Shown here: in pieces, positions 1-11,031 of the stretch
Position numbering within the stretch: the stretch's first letter is position 1
How the letters are laid out: each line of letters starts with the position of its first letter
Source: Sanchytrium tribonematis
Lineage: Eukaryota
Reading direction: 5' to 3'
DNA length: 40,862 bases
Assembly: GCA_018985235.1 (NCBI GenBank)
Contig: JADGIG010000025.1
Location: forward strand, 1 to 40,862
Position numbers and translations under genes: made by a program
The notes under the pieces: generated by a model
Told to the model about the DNA's origin: nothing
The model's database searches: none
What the model saw: the letters and a program-made list of their open reading frames with translations, nothing else

Positions 1-2816
1 AAAGTATTTAAGTATAAATCTGACTTCTTTTCCAAATTTTCAAACCGCAGGCAGGATTTTTGCATTGCGGATTGAAATTTCTGCGTCGAAAAAGATGGTA
101 CATCTTTATGATTGTAATATATCTTGTCTTTATAACGGTAAGAAGTATCTAGATTTCTTAATAAGCTTTGAAAATTGAGCAAATTTACAAGGTTGCCATT
201 CAGAGATTCTATAGATGATTTGTTCAATGCAGTATTTTGATAAAACTTGATAGCCTTCTCCAATACAAATCTGTTATTATTCAATTTTTCAATTGTTATT
301 AGGGACGTTGATACCTTGTTTAAATTCTTCTTTTGCTCACTCTCTAATTCCAGCATTCTCGACTTTATGCATTTTAAATGGCTATATGTGACAGATTGTA
401 CATGATCAATTCGGCCAACTATAATTATGTTTCTTTCTATTTCAACAAAGCGATTTTTTTCTAATAAGATGCTTTCAATATGTTTGGAATGTCTTTTTTT
501 CTGTTGCATTCTTCTAAGAAATTTTTTTAATGTATAAAGTGACTCTTGAATTCTTTTAGTATTAATATATTCGGTCTTAGAAATTTCTTGAATACTTATG
601 CGCTTGAAAAAATGAATTTTTTTTGATGCAATTTTTCTGCTTAGAGACTGATAATATTGCAATTTGGTCTTTAAATTTTGATTTTGTGCATTCAAAACAT
701 GTGCTTGGCCCTCGCCATTAATTAAAATTTTGACTTTTTGATTGATCTGCGAATATAAATTAGATTCAAGTTGAAGACTTAAAGATTCCATAAAATCTGC
801 ATATTTGCTCAGTTGATTCTTAAAATTCTCTATATCGATTGATGGTCGAGACAATTCGTTGTTATTGTTGTAAGTTAGGATCCTCGGGATTGATTCAATG
901 TTCTCGAGCGAAGAAAAAATTCGAAGTCTTCGAAACTTCGCTAATCTGTGAATGTCGTAATAATTTTCTAAATAGCATTCGCATTGTTGAAATTTTTCAC
1001 AAACGTTTTGGCAATCGTAATTTGCTGTATGTAAATCCATTAAGTGAACTTTTTGGGCTTGCGGAAACAAAAGCATTCTTCTTATTGTTGCAAGTAGTCT
1101 TACCGCGGGAACAAGAGAAGCTTGCTTTTTGATTAATCTCACTGTGTTTTGCTCAAACTTTTCAAAATGAGGAAATTTTTTGTCTATCTTAAGGCTGGAA
1201 AACTTTGTACAAGCTAGCAGTAAGGTTTTCAATGGCATTCGGAAATTATCTATTTTGATGCCAGCGATCCTTGAGCATTTAACGGCAGGCTGGTAAGCCT
1301 TTGCTATGATATTATTTGATTTTAGTACCATTCCTGCAATATTTGCCATAAAGTTGTATTTCTGACTTTGTGCTGAGCAACTGATATTTGGTAGATCAGG
1401 TCTGTGGGTTTGCAATAATTTTTCTTTCTGACTGAAAATTGGATATTGAGTCAAAATAACTTTAGCTACCACCATTTTAGTTATTATTGGAGACAGTGCA
1501 GTAACAAGAGGCATATGTACCTTGTTTAATTCTATCCTTTGCTTAGGAAGTAGATTTGTATTAGAATATTGCAAGTCAAAATGCGATTTTTTTACATGAA
1601 AATGTAACAGTTTCCTGTCTTTTGGTTCCCTGGCAACAGGTAAAATAAATAAAGGTTCTATTTTTCGTCTTTTGCTCTGCGCAATATCTACAGAATGACG
1701 ACGTTTCAATTGTTTGGGAGCAGAAGATTTTTCCAATTCACTGATCCTTGTCTTCAATTTATGCTCCTGTTGTTTATAATACTCCAATTGATCGGCAAAA
1801 TCAAAACTGTCCTCTTGTTTTTCAAGCTTTTCTTCTAACTCGTTGATTTTTGACTTATACTGATTTAAAAGTTGCTCTTCACTTGCGGTCTCGTTGACCA
1901 AGGGTTTGTTCTCCACCCTCATTGTTTTTTGAGCAAATTTTAAAGTAGAAAGTGACTCATCAAAATACTCGTCTCCTGGAGCAATGCAACAGATTGCGAT
2001 TGTTCGACTATTACCTCCAAGACTATTTTGGAGGATACGAGTCAACTTGGAATCACGGAAGGGGACATGTGATTGCTTTTCCGCCAATTTCTGGATTACA
2101 GTCCCTAAGGCCAAAAGACTCTTATTTATCATTTGCCCTTCTTTAAGTCTTGCGCCTTCTGCACTAGTGTGTTTTATACGTTCACTTCCGGCTAAATCCA
2201 CCAATGTCAGCAGCCCAAAAGTAGCTCGATCGTCCATTTGCCGCTCAACGTGAATTTGAAATAGAGCGTGACTTCTACTAGAATGTTCATTGATATCAGT
2301 TTGACCGTATTTTCTTGAGTTTTCTCCCTTCTTCAAATATTGTAAAGCTTCACCTAGATTTTGTACCTTAACTCGAAGTAAATTGTTGATGGTCACGAAG
2401 TTATTACTAGTTTGCAATTTGGGGGTATTTTCGGGTTCTAGTAGATCCCGAATAGTTTCATTATATACTTCGACATAACTAATTTCAATTTCTACATTGT
2501 TAATCTCAAAAAGAGACTTTAAAGTCAACGGTATAAGACCAGGATCTTGTAATGTTCCTAACAAAGTGTATGTCTTACCACTTGATGTTTGGCCATAGGA
2601 AAAGCATGTGGTGTTGATTCCATCTAATACAACTCTTAACAATTCCCATAGATAAATAAATAACTCTTGATTATTTTCGCTATCAAAAATCTTGTCAAAA
2701 TAGTACGAATTTCCTTTTTCATTGACTAAATGGTTTTCATTTCTTTTCCAAACTGAATTACCAGGCTTTAATCTGACCATTGTCGATATGTTTTCCGTTA
2801 TTTTTGCTTCCTCCAT
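1..2816 (-). CDS. Kinesin motor protein (kinesin-7/CENP-E-like), 3' end outside the window
   Basis: Absent from the ORF track, consistent with the frame running off the window. Manual translation from the ATG at 2816 gives MEEAKITENISTMVRLKPG...YYFDKIF...CFSYGQTSSGKTYT (P-loop), SSRSHAL (switch I), LVDLAGSER (switch II) and HVPFRDSKLTRIL, followed by a K/E/I-rich tail. The subfamily call is tentative. Confidence 0.92.
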   Translation of the reverse strand, partial: MEEAKITENISTMVRLKPGNSVWKRNENHLVNEKGNSYYFDKIFDSENNQELFIYLWELLRVVLDGINTTCFSYGQTSSGKTYTLLGTLQDPGLIPLTLKSLFEINNVEIEISYVEVYNETIRDLLEPENTPKLQTSNNFVTINNLLRVKVQNLGEALQYLKKGENSRKYGQTDINEHSSRSHALFQIHVERQMDDRATFGLLTLVDLAGSERIKHTSAEGARLKEGQMINKSLLALGTVIQKLAEKQSHVPFRDSKLTRILQNSLGGNSRTIAICCIAPGDEYFDESLSTLKFAQKTMRVENKPLVNETASEEQLLNQYKSKINELEEKLEKQEDSFDFADQLEYYKQQEHKLKTRISELEKSSAPKQLKRRHSVDIAQSKRRKIEPLFILPVAREPKDRKLLHFHVKKSHFDLQYSNTNLLPKQRIELNKVHMPLVTALSPIITKMVVAKVILTQYPIFSQKEKLLQTHRPDLPNISCSAQSQKYNFMANIAGMVLKSNNIIAKAYQPAVKCSRIAGIKIDNFRMPLKTLLLACTKFSSLKIDKKFPHFEKFEQNTVRLIKKQASLVPAVRLLATIRRMLLFPQAQKVHLMDLHTANYDCQNVCEKFQQCECYLENYYDIHRLAKFRRLRIFSSLENIESIPRILTYNNNNELSRPSIDIENFKNQLSKYADFMESLSLQLESNLYSQINQKVKILINGEGQAHVLNAQNQNLKTKLQYYQSLSRKIASKKIHFFKRISIQEISKTEYINTKRIQESLYTLKKFLRRMQQKKRHSKHIESILLEKNRFVEIERNIIIVGRIDHVQSVTYSHLKCIKSRMLELESEQKKNLNKVSTSLITIEKLNNNRFVLEKAIKFYQNTALNKSSIESLNGNLVNLLNFQSLLRNLDTSYRYKDKIYYNHKDVPSFSTQKFQSAMQKSCLRFENLEKKSDLYLNT

Positions 2817-3102
2817 AAAAATTGCTGGTTTTGAAAATTATGTTACTAAATGTCAAGAAAGTAGAATATAGCAGAAAATTTTGAAGAGAAAATTCTTAGA
2901 TCGTAATTTTCAACAGGAAAGTTTAAAGAATTGCACAAAGATTTACTTGTAAAGTTTAAAGACAGATTATTCTAAAACTTATTCTAATTCTGATAAATAC
3001 ATTTGTCGATTTTTCGAGTGTTAAATTCCCAAGCTAATCATAAAGCTTTTAATTACAAAATCTTATTTGTTGTTCAATTACGGTATTTGAAACACAAACT
3101 AA

Positions 3103-5730
3103 ATGTCCAAAATACCTAGATTTACGAAAAAACCTGCAAAATCTTCGTTACAAACTAGCAAATCTAATTCCTCAAAGCCAAAACCAACTCTTAAAATTAA
3201 CAATCAAAAGAAATTGAAAGATTTGACCATTTCCACAGAAGAGAAAAATTCCTATTTTGAATCAAAGAGTATTCAAGACCACATTCAAAAGTCAATTGAT
3301 GAAAAATTCGAAACAGAAGAAGAGTCGAAACCACAAAACATTGAGATTGCTAACCAAATTGCAAATATTTTAAAGAAAACTACTGTCGAGGATGAGGACG
3401 AATTGGAGCCATTTGACGACGATTTAAAAGACATTATTTTTGACGAAATTCATGCGAAAAAAGAAGAGTCTATTCCATTACATGATGAAATTGAGAACGA
3501 ATTATTATTCGAGTATGAACCCAGCGAAGATTCATTGCTGTATGCTCAGTTAAATAAGCCCAATTTTAATCAAAAAGTAGAAGCTATCAACAACTCAGCG
3601 CTTGCCTTCACTCTTTTGCATATAGATTTAGTAGACGACTTAGCTCACAGAAAACGATCTCTGATAAATATTGCGTTGGGTCTTCCTAGTGAAAAAGGAA
3701 GAAGAACCTTCATGATGAAAAAAGCTACTTTGTTAAAAAAGAAAACTGATCTCAACATAGAAAGGCGTTTTCCGCTTGACATGAAGGTAGACTTGGAAGA
3801 CTGGTTTAATGGCACTCTTGAAATATCTGTGGACGTGACAAATGAATGGTGTGGAAAGGGTGCTATATCTCTCAGCAAATTCAAGAAAAAATCTGAATTT
3901 CGGAAGAAAGTTCCCCTGTGGTCGGTTCGGAAATATGGGAAGCAGGAAAATTTTTACATTGGCGACTTGTTCATAAACTCACAATTACTCAATTATGAGA
4001 GTAGTTCTTCTTCTGAAGAGGAACTTCCAGTCAAACAGATTCTTTCCGACACAGAATCAGAATTGTTTCAATCAAAACTCTCGAAAACGGATTTTACAAA
4101 AAACACTGACAGTTTATTAAATGACATACCTTTGATTAAACCTCAGCACATACCAGGTGAAATGCAAGTAGAAATATTGGGTGATAAAGTCCTTAATATT
4201 TTAATATCGCAATACCATCCATTATCAAGTTTAGAGTCAGATGTATTTTGCTGCATTAAAATCCTCCCGCTAGGTCAACCTATTCAAACTGTTCCGAAAA
4301 GTAGTCCTTATGTAATAGATTTTGAGGTATCAATTCCTTTTATACCGGATAAACCAGGTATCATAGAGATTTGGAGAAAAGGCTCTCCAAATGTATTTAT
4401 AGGTCTTTGCAAACTGTCATTTGATAAAAGGCAAGCAAGTGGCGGGATAATGCTATTATTTCCCAGTGCCAGTTTAAGTGTTTCTAATCCTATTACTGGG
4501 GAATATCAAGGCGCATTAGAAGTTTGTTTTGGATTTGGGAACGAGCAGAAGTTAAAAGCAAGTATTAGCAAATTGAATAAGCAATCGTTGCACAATATAT
4601 TTGAAAATGATTTTGCTGATGAATTTGTGGATGCTACAAATGTGAATGTCAACCAGCAGACCAATACCAGTCTTTCCAATCTGAACAAAACATTTAATTT
4701 TTTAAAATCAAAAGGCGTCGACCAATCTTGCATGATCTCGCCTGAAACGAAATCTGGATATCACCAAACCAACACTTTCAGGGCTAAGGACTCTGCGGAT
4801 CAAACTCAAAGTAAGAAAAACGTAGAAGATAAAATAGTGGGAGACTCCAAAAATCCAAAAGACGAATACAATCAAACTATTGGGCAAATTTTAGAAAACA
4901 AAAATTTCCAAACTTCAAATAGAAATATAGCGCAAGATAATAAGACCAAAACCGGTTTAATAGCTAAGTCATCGGCAATCCCTGCGGTAACGGACAATGG
5001 CACTTCTTTTCATCGATACGATGGAAAACATATTCCATTAGAAGAAGTCAATTTAGATGAAGAGAACGTTATTAAATTAGGATCAATGAAGCTTCAAATA
5101 TCGAAAATATTTCCACTTCACAATTTTGAAGATCGTCTTATCGAAGATTTCGAGAGTCAAAACTCGAATAGAACTAGAATCAGTGAAAGCTCATTCTATG
5201 TGACTTTTAATTGGTATCCAGATGCAAAAGGGGACGTAAAATCTCGACAAAAGAAAATTGTTCATGCAGCATCATATGAAAATAATTGTATCACATTCAA
5301 CAAAATTGAAAATCTTGCAGTTCAATTATCGCCCGAAGTTCTTTCAAAATTTAAAAGCAGGAAACAGACGTTAAAACTCTGGCGAAAAAGCTCGCGAGGA
5401 GATTTTCTAATTGCTTTCACTATACTTGATCTGCACTATTTATTTGATGGGCTGGACACCATGGAACAATGGTTTGATTTGGTTGACTCGAATGGGGTGG
5501 TGCTTGGTCAAATTCTGGTAAATTTGGAAGTTGACAAGTCAATATTTAGAAAGTCAGTTTCAATGACCAATTATTGTTCCCACGAACAAGTCAACTTAAA
5601 ACCTTCTGCTTCTCAATTTTCTCTGCGGAGTCACGAAGATATTACTCAGCACGATCTCGAATCAATTTATTCAATAGCTGATGGAAACATGGATAAAATT
5701 CATCAATATTTAAATCGAATTAATAAATAA
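3103..5730 (+). CDS. Multi-C2-domain protein, C2CD3-like (distal centriole protein), shortened and divergent
   Basis: 875-aa ORF with C2-like beta segments (IIEIWRKGSPNVFIGLCKLS; SVSNPITGEYQGALEVCFGFG; LIAFTILDLHYLFDGLDTMEQWFDLVDSNGVVLGQILVNL) that resemble the C2CD3 C2 domains as I recall them. Confidence 0.6.
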   Translation: MSKIPRFTKKPAKSSLQTSKSNSSKPKPTLKINNQKKLKDLTISTEEKNSYFESKSIQDHIQKSIDEKFETEEESKPQNIEIANQIANILKKTTVEDEDELEPFDDDLKDIIFDEIHAKKEESIPLHDEIENELLFEYEPSEDSLLYAQLNKPNFNQKVEAINNSALAFTLLHIDLVDDLAHRKRSLINIALGLPSEKGRRTFMMKKATLLKKKTDLNIERRFPLDMKVDLEDWFNGTLEISVDVTNEWCGKGAISLSKFKKKSEFRKKVPLWSVRKYGKQENFYIGDLFINSQLLNYESSSSSEEELPVKQILSDTESELFQSKLSKTDFTKNTDSLLNDIPLIKPQHIPGEMQVEILGDKVLNILISQYHPLSSLESDVFCCIKILPLGQPIQTVPKSSPYVIDFEVSIPFIPDKPGIIEIWRKGSPNVFIGLCKLSFDKRQASGGIMLLFPSASLSVSNPITGEYQGALEVCFGFGNEQKLKASISKLNKQSLHNIFENDFADEFVDATNVNVNQQTNTSLSNLNKTFNFLKSKGVDQSCMISPETKSGYHQTNTFRAKDSADQTQSKKNVEDKIVGDSKNPKDEYNQTIGQILENKNFQTSNRNIAQDNKTKTGLIAKSSAIPAVTDNGTSFHRYDGKHIPLEEVNLDEENVIKLGSMKLQISKIFPLHNFEDRLIEDFESQNSNRTRISESSFYVTFNWYPDAKGDVKSRQKKIVHAASYENNCITFNKIENLAVQLSPEVLSKFKSRKQTLKLWRKSSRGDFLIAFTILDLHYLFDGLDTMEQWFDLVDSNGVVLGQILVNLEVDKSIFRKSVSMTNYCSHEQVNLKPSASQFSLRSHEDITQHDLESIYSIADGNMDKIHQYLNRINK

Positions 5731-5751
5731 CTCCTTCAAACTAATCTTTTG

Positions 5752-6042
5752 ATGTCCAAAGCAGCTTTTCGAGTCGAAGAATTAATTAAACAGAATCAAA
5801 TTATGATTTTTTCAAAAACGTATTGCAGTTACTGTGCGAGGGCTAAGACTCTACTAGAGTCTTTGAACAAAAGCTATTCAAGTGTGGAATTAGACATTGA
5901 TCCAGAAGGAAATGATATTTCAACTTACTTGAGATCAAAAACTGGTATTCGAACTGTTCCTAACATATTCATAAACCAGGAAAACGTCGGTGGATGTGAT
6001 AATCTTTATGCTTTGCACAAAAGTGGTAAACTAAAAATATAA
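5752..6042 (+). CDS. Dithiol glutaredoxin (CSYC active site)
   Basis: IFSKTYCSYC, TVPNIFI and VGGCD glutaredoxin motifs. The ATG is at 5752; the track starts at a TTG. Confidence 0.95.
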   Translation: MSKAAFRVEELIKQNQIMIFSKTYCSYCARAKTLLESLNKSYSSVELDIDPEGNDISTYLRSKTGIRTVPNIFINQENVGGCDNLYALHKSGKLKI

Positions 6043-6051
6043 ACTGTTTAC

Positions 6052-6903
6052 TTATCCCTTTCCTATTCTATTGCCATGCCCTCTTGGGTTGTTATCCTTA
6101 AACTCATCCCAACTGATATCCTTTTGACGTTGAGCTTCGATTGCATCCCAATCTTGGTCTTCATCGAGCGCTAACTCTAACGCTTTCAGATCAATAGCGG
6201 TATCCTGTTTGTCCAATTTTATACCGCCTCGCTTAATTTCTTCTTCTATATATTCGTCGATAGTCATTGTGGGTAAATTGTGAGATGGCCCGAAAACGTT
6301 CTTATAATTCTTGCCAACAAGTCGAAATGGTCTTAAGATTTTGCCTTGTTCGGAAAGTACTGGTCCTGAAGTTGACATACGCACTGGGCTGGGCTCAACT
6401 GGTGTATTATTGGGTGCCTTGGAAGCCATTTCTTGCATTTTTAACTCTAGATCAATCATGTACAAATCTTGGACAGCATATATAATAAAGCACAACAACC
6501 ATTCTTTCAAAATCTCGATAATTTCATCTTTCTCAATTTTCACCCATTCCTCTAATTCCGCAATGCTAACACCCTTATATTTTTTACAAATTTCTCTCGA
6601 TTTTAGAGTGGTTGCAATTTTGATCTCTCTTTTATTTTGTAATTCCCACTTTAGCCAATTCTTTTCGATTTTAAAAGTCTCGTCATCAAAATAATCCAAA
6701 AAATGTAGATAATATTCTTTTGCGAATAGCAAATCGTTGCATTCATAACTGCTTTTTGCCAAAAATCCAAAATAAAGCAGCTCAAGAAGCTCGGGTTCAT
6801 TTAGCTCTTTCATGTTTTCATTTGAAAGTGTAAACTTTTTCCTTTGTAGGATTTCGTAAGTCTCTTTAGATAATGAACTTTGCAAAGTAAGATTGGAGAG
6901 CAT
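6052..6903 (-). CDS. TAP42: TAP42/IGBP1 (alpha4) PP2A-family phosphatase regulator
   Basis: C-terminal motifs VFGPSHNLPTMTIDEY and WDEFKDNNPRGHGNR are typical of the Tap42 family. Confidence 0.9.
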   Translation of the reverse strand: MLSNLTLQSSLSKETYEILQRKKFTLSNENMKELNEPELLELLYFGFLAKSSYECNDLLFAKEYYLHFLDYFDDETFKIEKNWLKWELQNKREIKIATTLKSREICKKYKGVSIAELEEWVKIEKDEIIEILKEWLLCFIIYAVQDLYMIDLELKMQEMASKAPNNTPVEPSPVRMSTSGPVLSEQGKILRPFRLVGKNYKNVFGPSHNLPTMTIDEYIEEEIKRGGIKLDKQDTAIDLKALELALDEDQDWDAIEAQRQKDISWDEFKDNNPRGHGNRIGKG

Positions 6904-7021
6904 TCTAGTTTCAGGTATATTGCATCCGATAGCACCTTGGAAATATCTACGAGATGAGTGTGCGCTATAGTCTTACATCCAAATGTAACTGTTTTAAATA
7001 ATATTTATTGCCATATTGAAA

Positions 7022-7333
7022 TTAATTCTGAATTTTTGAGAGAAACTCTTGAGATACTTTCTTTGTAGATATGGATTTTTCATTCTTTTTATTTGAAGCA
7101 GAAATAAGTTTTTTAATTCTAGGAATCTTTGATGGCTGCAATGCAACAGTTTCGCTTTGATTTTCAATTTTTTTAATTTTACTATTATTCCTTCTCTTTC
7201 TTTTACTTATGTTCTTATTCAAATTTTCAAGTAAAAAGTTCACATATTCATCTACTATTTTTAAGCGAAGTGTTATGAGAGCCTGGTCTATTTCCCAGTT
7301 GGAATAATTTTTGAAAATCTGAATATCAGACAT
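7022..7333 (-). CDS. Hypothetical small basic protein
   Basis: 103-aa ATG-initiated ORF filling an otherwise empty interval. Lys-rich, with a possible NLS (KRKRR). No family recognised. Confidence 0.45.
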   Translation of the reverse strand: MSDIQIFKNYSNWEIDQALITLRLKIVDEYVNFLLENLNKNISKRKRRNNSKIKKIENQSETVALQPSKIPRIKKLISASNKKNEKSISTKKVSQEFLSKIQN

Positions 7334-7462
7334 TCAAATATTGGCCAATATTGTTAATTTCAAACGCTTATATCAATCAAATGTTTTAATTGGACCGCAC
7401 ATTTTTAAAATTTAAATAGAGGCGGTAATTTGTGACTCTGCGTTACATTAGGAGAATTTTCT

Positions 7463-10400
7463 ATGGATCAACTTCGTGATGATTTTTTGCAATGTAAGCG
7501 ATTATGTTTGCCTCAAAAGTATGAATACATACCGAATCAGTTCAATGGGGCATTAAATTTGAATTCAATTATTGATCAGATTAATTGCGTTTTGTCGAAG
7601 CGCCCGGAAAATATATTGTGTAAAGAAATCAAAGAGTGGGCTTTTGCTAATTTGGATGAAATGCCCACTAAGTTGCTAGTCTGGTTTGAAAATGATAAGC
7701 ATTATTTGCAAAGAATTGTAAACGACCACATAAGTTCCCACAATAGAATATTATTAATGGTAAGAAATTTCTGTTTTTTTAACGAATTCAAAAGTTCTCC
7801 AAAATATTTCGATATAATTAGGTACGGGTTAACGGAAGAGGATACCAAAACAAAAAAAATGTCCTTACACCTGCTGCAGCTAGTTTTGAACGTAATTAAA
7901 AGCGACAGTATTGAATTTGAAAAGTTTGTTCATCTGCCCTCAATGGCCGAAGACTGGCAGCTTTACTTGCTCATTGCACAAGCAACGCTTGAGCAACAAC
8001 TGCATGTCTGGAAGCATGTAGAGCCGCGAATTTTGTACTTGTGGAAAAAGTATGAAGAAAAACCTGCCTTTATTAAATGGATCATTGCACTATTGCATAG
8101 AGGTTTGAAAAATGGATCCAATTCGGTCAGAAAAAGCGTAGCCATGTTTATTTTAACATCCGAGATTGGAAATTCGCTTCACAGATTAGACCATAGATTT
8201 TTATTTAATCAGTTTTTCGTTTATTTAGACGAGACTTATATATTCACTAGCCAAGGGACTTTCCACCTCTATTCCGACTTTGGTCATAATCTGAGCATTT
8301 ATGTCAAAAACTTAATATTAAGCTCTAAGAATCCGTATTTGATGTTCAAGGAATTACTTGAATATTCAGAACACATTAATTCACATGTGGCGCTGTATTT
8401 TTATTTAAGTGGTATTTTGATGACAGTCAAGAATTCCAGCGACCTGCAAAATGACAGTGTCATTACAAAAGTTCTTAAGTTATTCAAAAGTCATTTTTTT
8501 AGCAGTCGCTTGGTTCTTGTGAGGGTATTGGTAGTTGAATTGATCGACTTAATGGAAAAGCTGTCTTATTCTTTATCTAAAGATATAGGAATGTCCTTAG
8601 TGTCTTTAATAAGCCAATATGGAATTACAAAGAAATTTGAAATATGGAAATTGAATATCAACATGGTAAAAGACTTGACAGTATCGTGTTTAAAAGACAT
8701 TCAATATCATTTCTCATTCCAAACTTTTAAAAATCTCAATGTATTATTTGAGATTTTAGCAGACAATGCGATAGAATTTAATTCATATCTTGTTAACAGC
8801 CTACAAGTGATTGAATGTCAGATAGACGACAAGTCAAATGTCCATGCTTCAATCTATTTGGGCCTAATCAAGGCAAATAAGCTTGTACATGATTATTTTC
8901 ACACTTTCGCTTTAAAAGATGCCAACATTAGACGCTACTTCAATGAAATTTACAAAATGGGACTTTCCCATAATGACATGATAATGGAATTAGGTGATCT
9001 ATTGATATTTTATTCTCATTTAATCGATCTCCCAGATGAAAAGCTCACAAATGAATCTAATTTGATTCATAGCTTAGTTGCAATGTTAGTGAATTCTAAT
9101 TCTGCTAAAGAAATTTTTGACTACGATATTCTAAGTGCACAGAAAGAAATGAGGCCATGGATTTTCAGATTTAAAATGAAGGTTGCTTCATTAAAATATA
9201 CTCAAGATGATGAGTTTCAGGCCTCTGACATTTTAGATTTGATAGACAATCAGTCATCAACCAGCGTCGGTTCCTTTTTTGACTTTTTGGAAAAAGTTTT
9301 GCAATTTAAACTTAATTTCGAACCTCTTCCCGTTTTATCGAATCTTTGCTCAAAAACTTTTGAACTTATTTCTCATTCTAAAAAGTACAAGGTTGTGAGA
9401 AGATTGGTTTCCTTGATATATCGCTCTGATCTTGAAATCGATAATGTAAAGGCTCTTCATGATATAATAATTGCACACTGCAACGAGATCCCTTATGTTT
9501 CTGAAATAATTGTTAAGGAATTATCAAAGATACAAAATGTAGATTTTTTTCTGGCTGATTTCTCCACATTTGGCCCTGAGAGAGACTTTGGCACAATCTA
9601 TTCAGAAGAATTGATATCAAAAACTGCCAAAATCAGCTCATTGCTTAAATCAGATCATGCAACAAGACTCTTGGCCATAAATTCTATTAAAGATCGAGAA
9701 TTGGCGGTCAATTGGTTGATTGAAAAACTTACATCAGAAGAGCTATATCCCCTTGTCGAGTATTCTAGTCACATTAGTTTTAAAATTAAAATAAGATGTT
9801 ATTGTGCGATTTTAATGATGACAAATGTGACTCACCTGGAAAATCAGTTTGAAAATTTACTCTTCTTGGCCCGCAAAGAAAGGAATCCTAATGTCAAAAC
9901 CTTCACTGAATGGCTGCTATGTATAGTTTGCCAAGATCCAAAATACTTGAATCAGATGATTTTGAACTTGGGGTACACAGAAAACATCAACTCGACTATC
10001 AGTATCATGATCGTTTTAATTCGTTTACAAAATTTTGGGAAGCTTTCACCCTCCGAAATAATTGATAGATTTCTTTTGTTTTACTGTTCTAGCTGTCATT
10101 ATGCGACTCGCGTCCATGTCCAATATCTTATCAAAATGATTGACAGTTCTAATGAAGCACTTTCAATTATAAAGAAGTCTTTCAACGCAGGCGTGGAAAA
10201 GAGTTTCGATAAATGCATTCACAGCAATTACATGGTGGGACATCTTGACATTAAAAAAGACATTAATTTTGAAATGCTATTCAACCTGATACCACTTTAT
10301 CTCAAATTTGATTTTACAGAAATTATGAGCACATCTAGTTTTTCCTTCACAACTGATTTAAGCGTTTTGGCTGAAAGTAGATCAATTGCAAAGTTCATGC

Positions 10401-11008
10401 AACTTGATGAAGACGAAGAAGAAGCAATAGAAGCATGGAAGCAAGATAGTTTGTTCATGCAAAGAAAATATGTCAATGATTTCTTTGACTTTGACTTTTC
10501 GAAAACTTCTAAACAGATTCAGCTTAAATACAAAAAAAGGAAACCAGTTATTATAGTAGGCACGCTTATTGACAACCCTGGAAATTTAGCTGCATTATGC
10601 CGAACTTGCGAAGTATTTTTATTTGATAAATTAATCGTGCACAACACAGCTGTGAAAAAAGATCCCAAGTTTCTTTCGGTCAGTGTTTCTAGTGAAAATT
10701 GGATTCCAATTGAGGCAGTTGAGAAAAACAACCTGCCGTCTTACCTTGAAGATATGAAGACTAAGGGTTATTCCTTAGTAGCCTTAGAACAGAGTCAAAA
10801 TTCTATTGAGTTGGGTCAATTTGATATTCCAGAAAAGTGTATCATCTTGATGGGAAATGAAAGAACTGGCATTCCTTCTCATTTATTGCAATTAGTAGAT
10901 TACTGCGTCGAGGTACCTCAATTCGGTGTCACAAAGTCTTTAAATGTAAATGTGGCCACTAGCATGTTATTATTTGAATACGTTCGGCAACACAAACAAT
11001 CAGAGTAA
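7463..11008 (+). CDS. TRM3: tRNA (guanosine-18-2'-O)-methyltransferase Trm3/TARBP1
   Basis: Long helical N-terminal region plus a C-terminal SpoU domain: DNPGNLAALCRTCEVF, LMGNERTGIP, VEVPQFGVTKSLNVNVA. Confidence 0.9.
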   Translation: MDQLRDDFLQCKRLCLPQKYEYIPNQFNGALNLNSIIDQINCVLSKRPENILCKEIKEWAFANLDEMPTKLLVWFENDKHYLQRIVNDHISSHNRILLMVRNFCFFNEFKSSPKYFDIIRYGLTEEDTKTKKMSLHLLQLVLNVIKSDSIEFEKFVHLPSMAEDWQLYLLIAQATLEQQLHVWKHVEPRILYLWKKYEEKPAFIKWIIALLHRGLKNGSNSVRKSVAMFILTSEIGNSLHRLDHRFLFNQFFVYLDETYIFTSQGTFHLYSDFGHNLSIYVKNLILSSKNPYLMFKELLEYSEHINSHVALYFYLSGILMTVKNSSDLQNDSVITKVLKLFKSHFFSSRLVLVRVLVVELIDLMEKLSYSLSKDIGMSLVSLISQYGITKKFEIWKLNINMVKDLTVSCLKDIQYHFSFQTFKNLNVLFEILADNAIEFNSYLVNSLQVIECQIDDKSNVHASIYLGLIKANKLVHDYFHTFALKDANIRRYFNEIYKMGLSHNDMIMELGDLLIFYSHLIDLPDEKLTNESNLIHSLVAMLVNSNSAKEIFDYDILSAQKEMRPWIFRFKMKVASLKYTQDDEFQASDILDLIDNQSSTSVGSFFDFLEKVLQFKLNFEPLPVLSNLCSKTFELISHSKKYKVVRRLVSLIYRSDLEIDNVKALHDIIIAHCNEIPYVSEIIVKELSKIQNVDFFLADFSTFGPERDFGTIYSEELISKTAKISSLLKSDHATRLLAINSIKDRELAVNWLIEKLTSEELYPLVEYSSHISFKIKIRCYCAILMMTNVTHLENQFENLLFLARKERNPNVKTFTEWLLCIVCQDPKYLNQMILNLGYTENINSTISIMIVLIRLQNFGKLSPSEIIDRFLLFYCSSCHYATRVHVQYLIKMIDSSNEALSIIKKSFNAGVEKSFDKCIHSNYMVGHLDIKKDINFEMLFNLIPLYLKFDFTEIMSTSSFSFTTDLSVLAESRSIAKFMQLDEDEEEAIEAWKQDSLFMQRKYVNDFFDFDFSKTSKQIQLKYKKRKPVIIVGTLIDNPGNLAALCRTCEVFLFDKLIVHNTAVKKDPKFLSVSVSSENWIPIEAVEKNNLPSYLEDMKTKGYSLVALEQSQNSIELGQFDIPEKCIILMGNERTGIPSHLLQLVDYCVEVPQFGVTKSLNVNVATSMLLFEYVRQHKQSE

Positions 11009-11031
11009 ATTTTGTTCTTTGCCCCTGTAAA

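Noticed and set aside
839..2253. Plus-strand track ORFs 839-1132, 1952-2146 and 1984-2253
   Set aside because: They are antisense shadows of the kinesin gene. The other short nested or antisense track ORFs inside long genes were rejected for the same reason.
6947..6976. Possible 30-nt GTAAG...TAG intron upstream of TAP42 on the minus strand
   Set aside because: There is no convincing in-frame upstream exon, it does not fit the 19-nt consensus, and the protein is plausible from the ATG at 6903.
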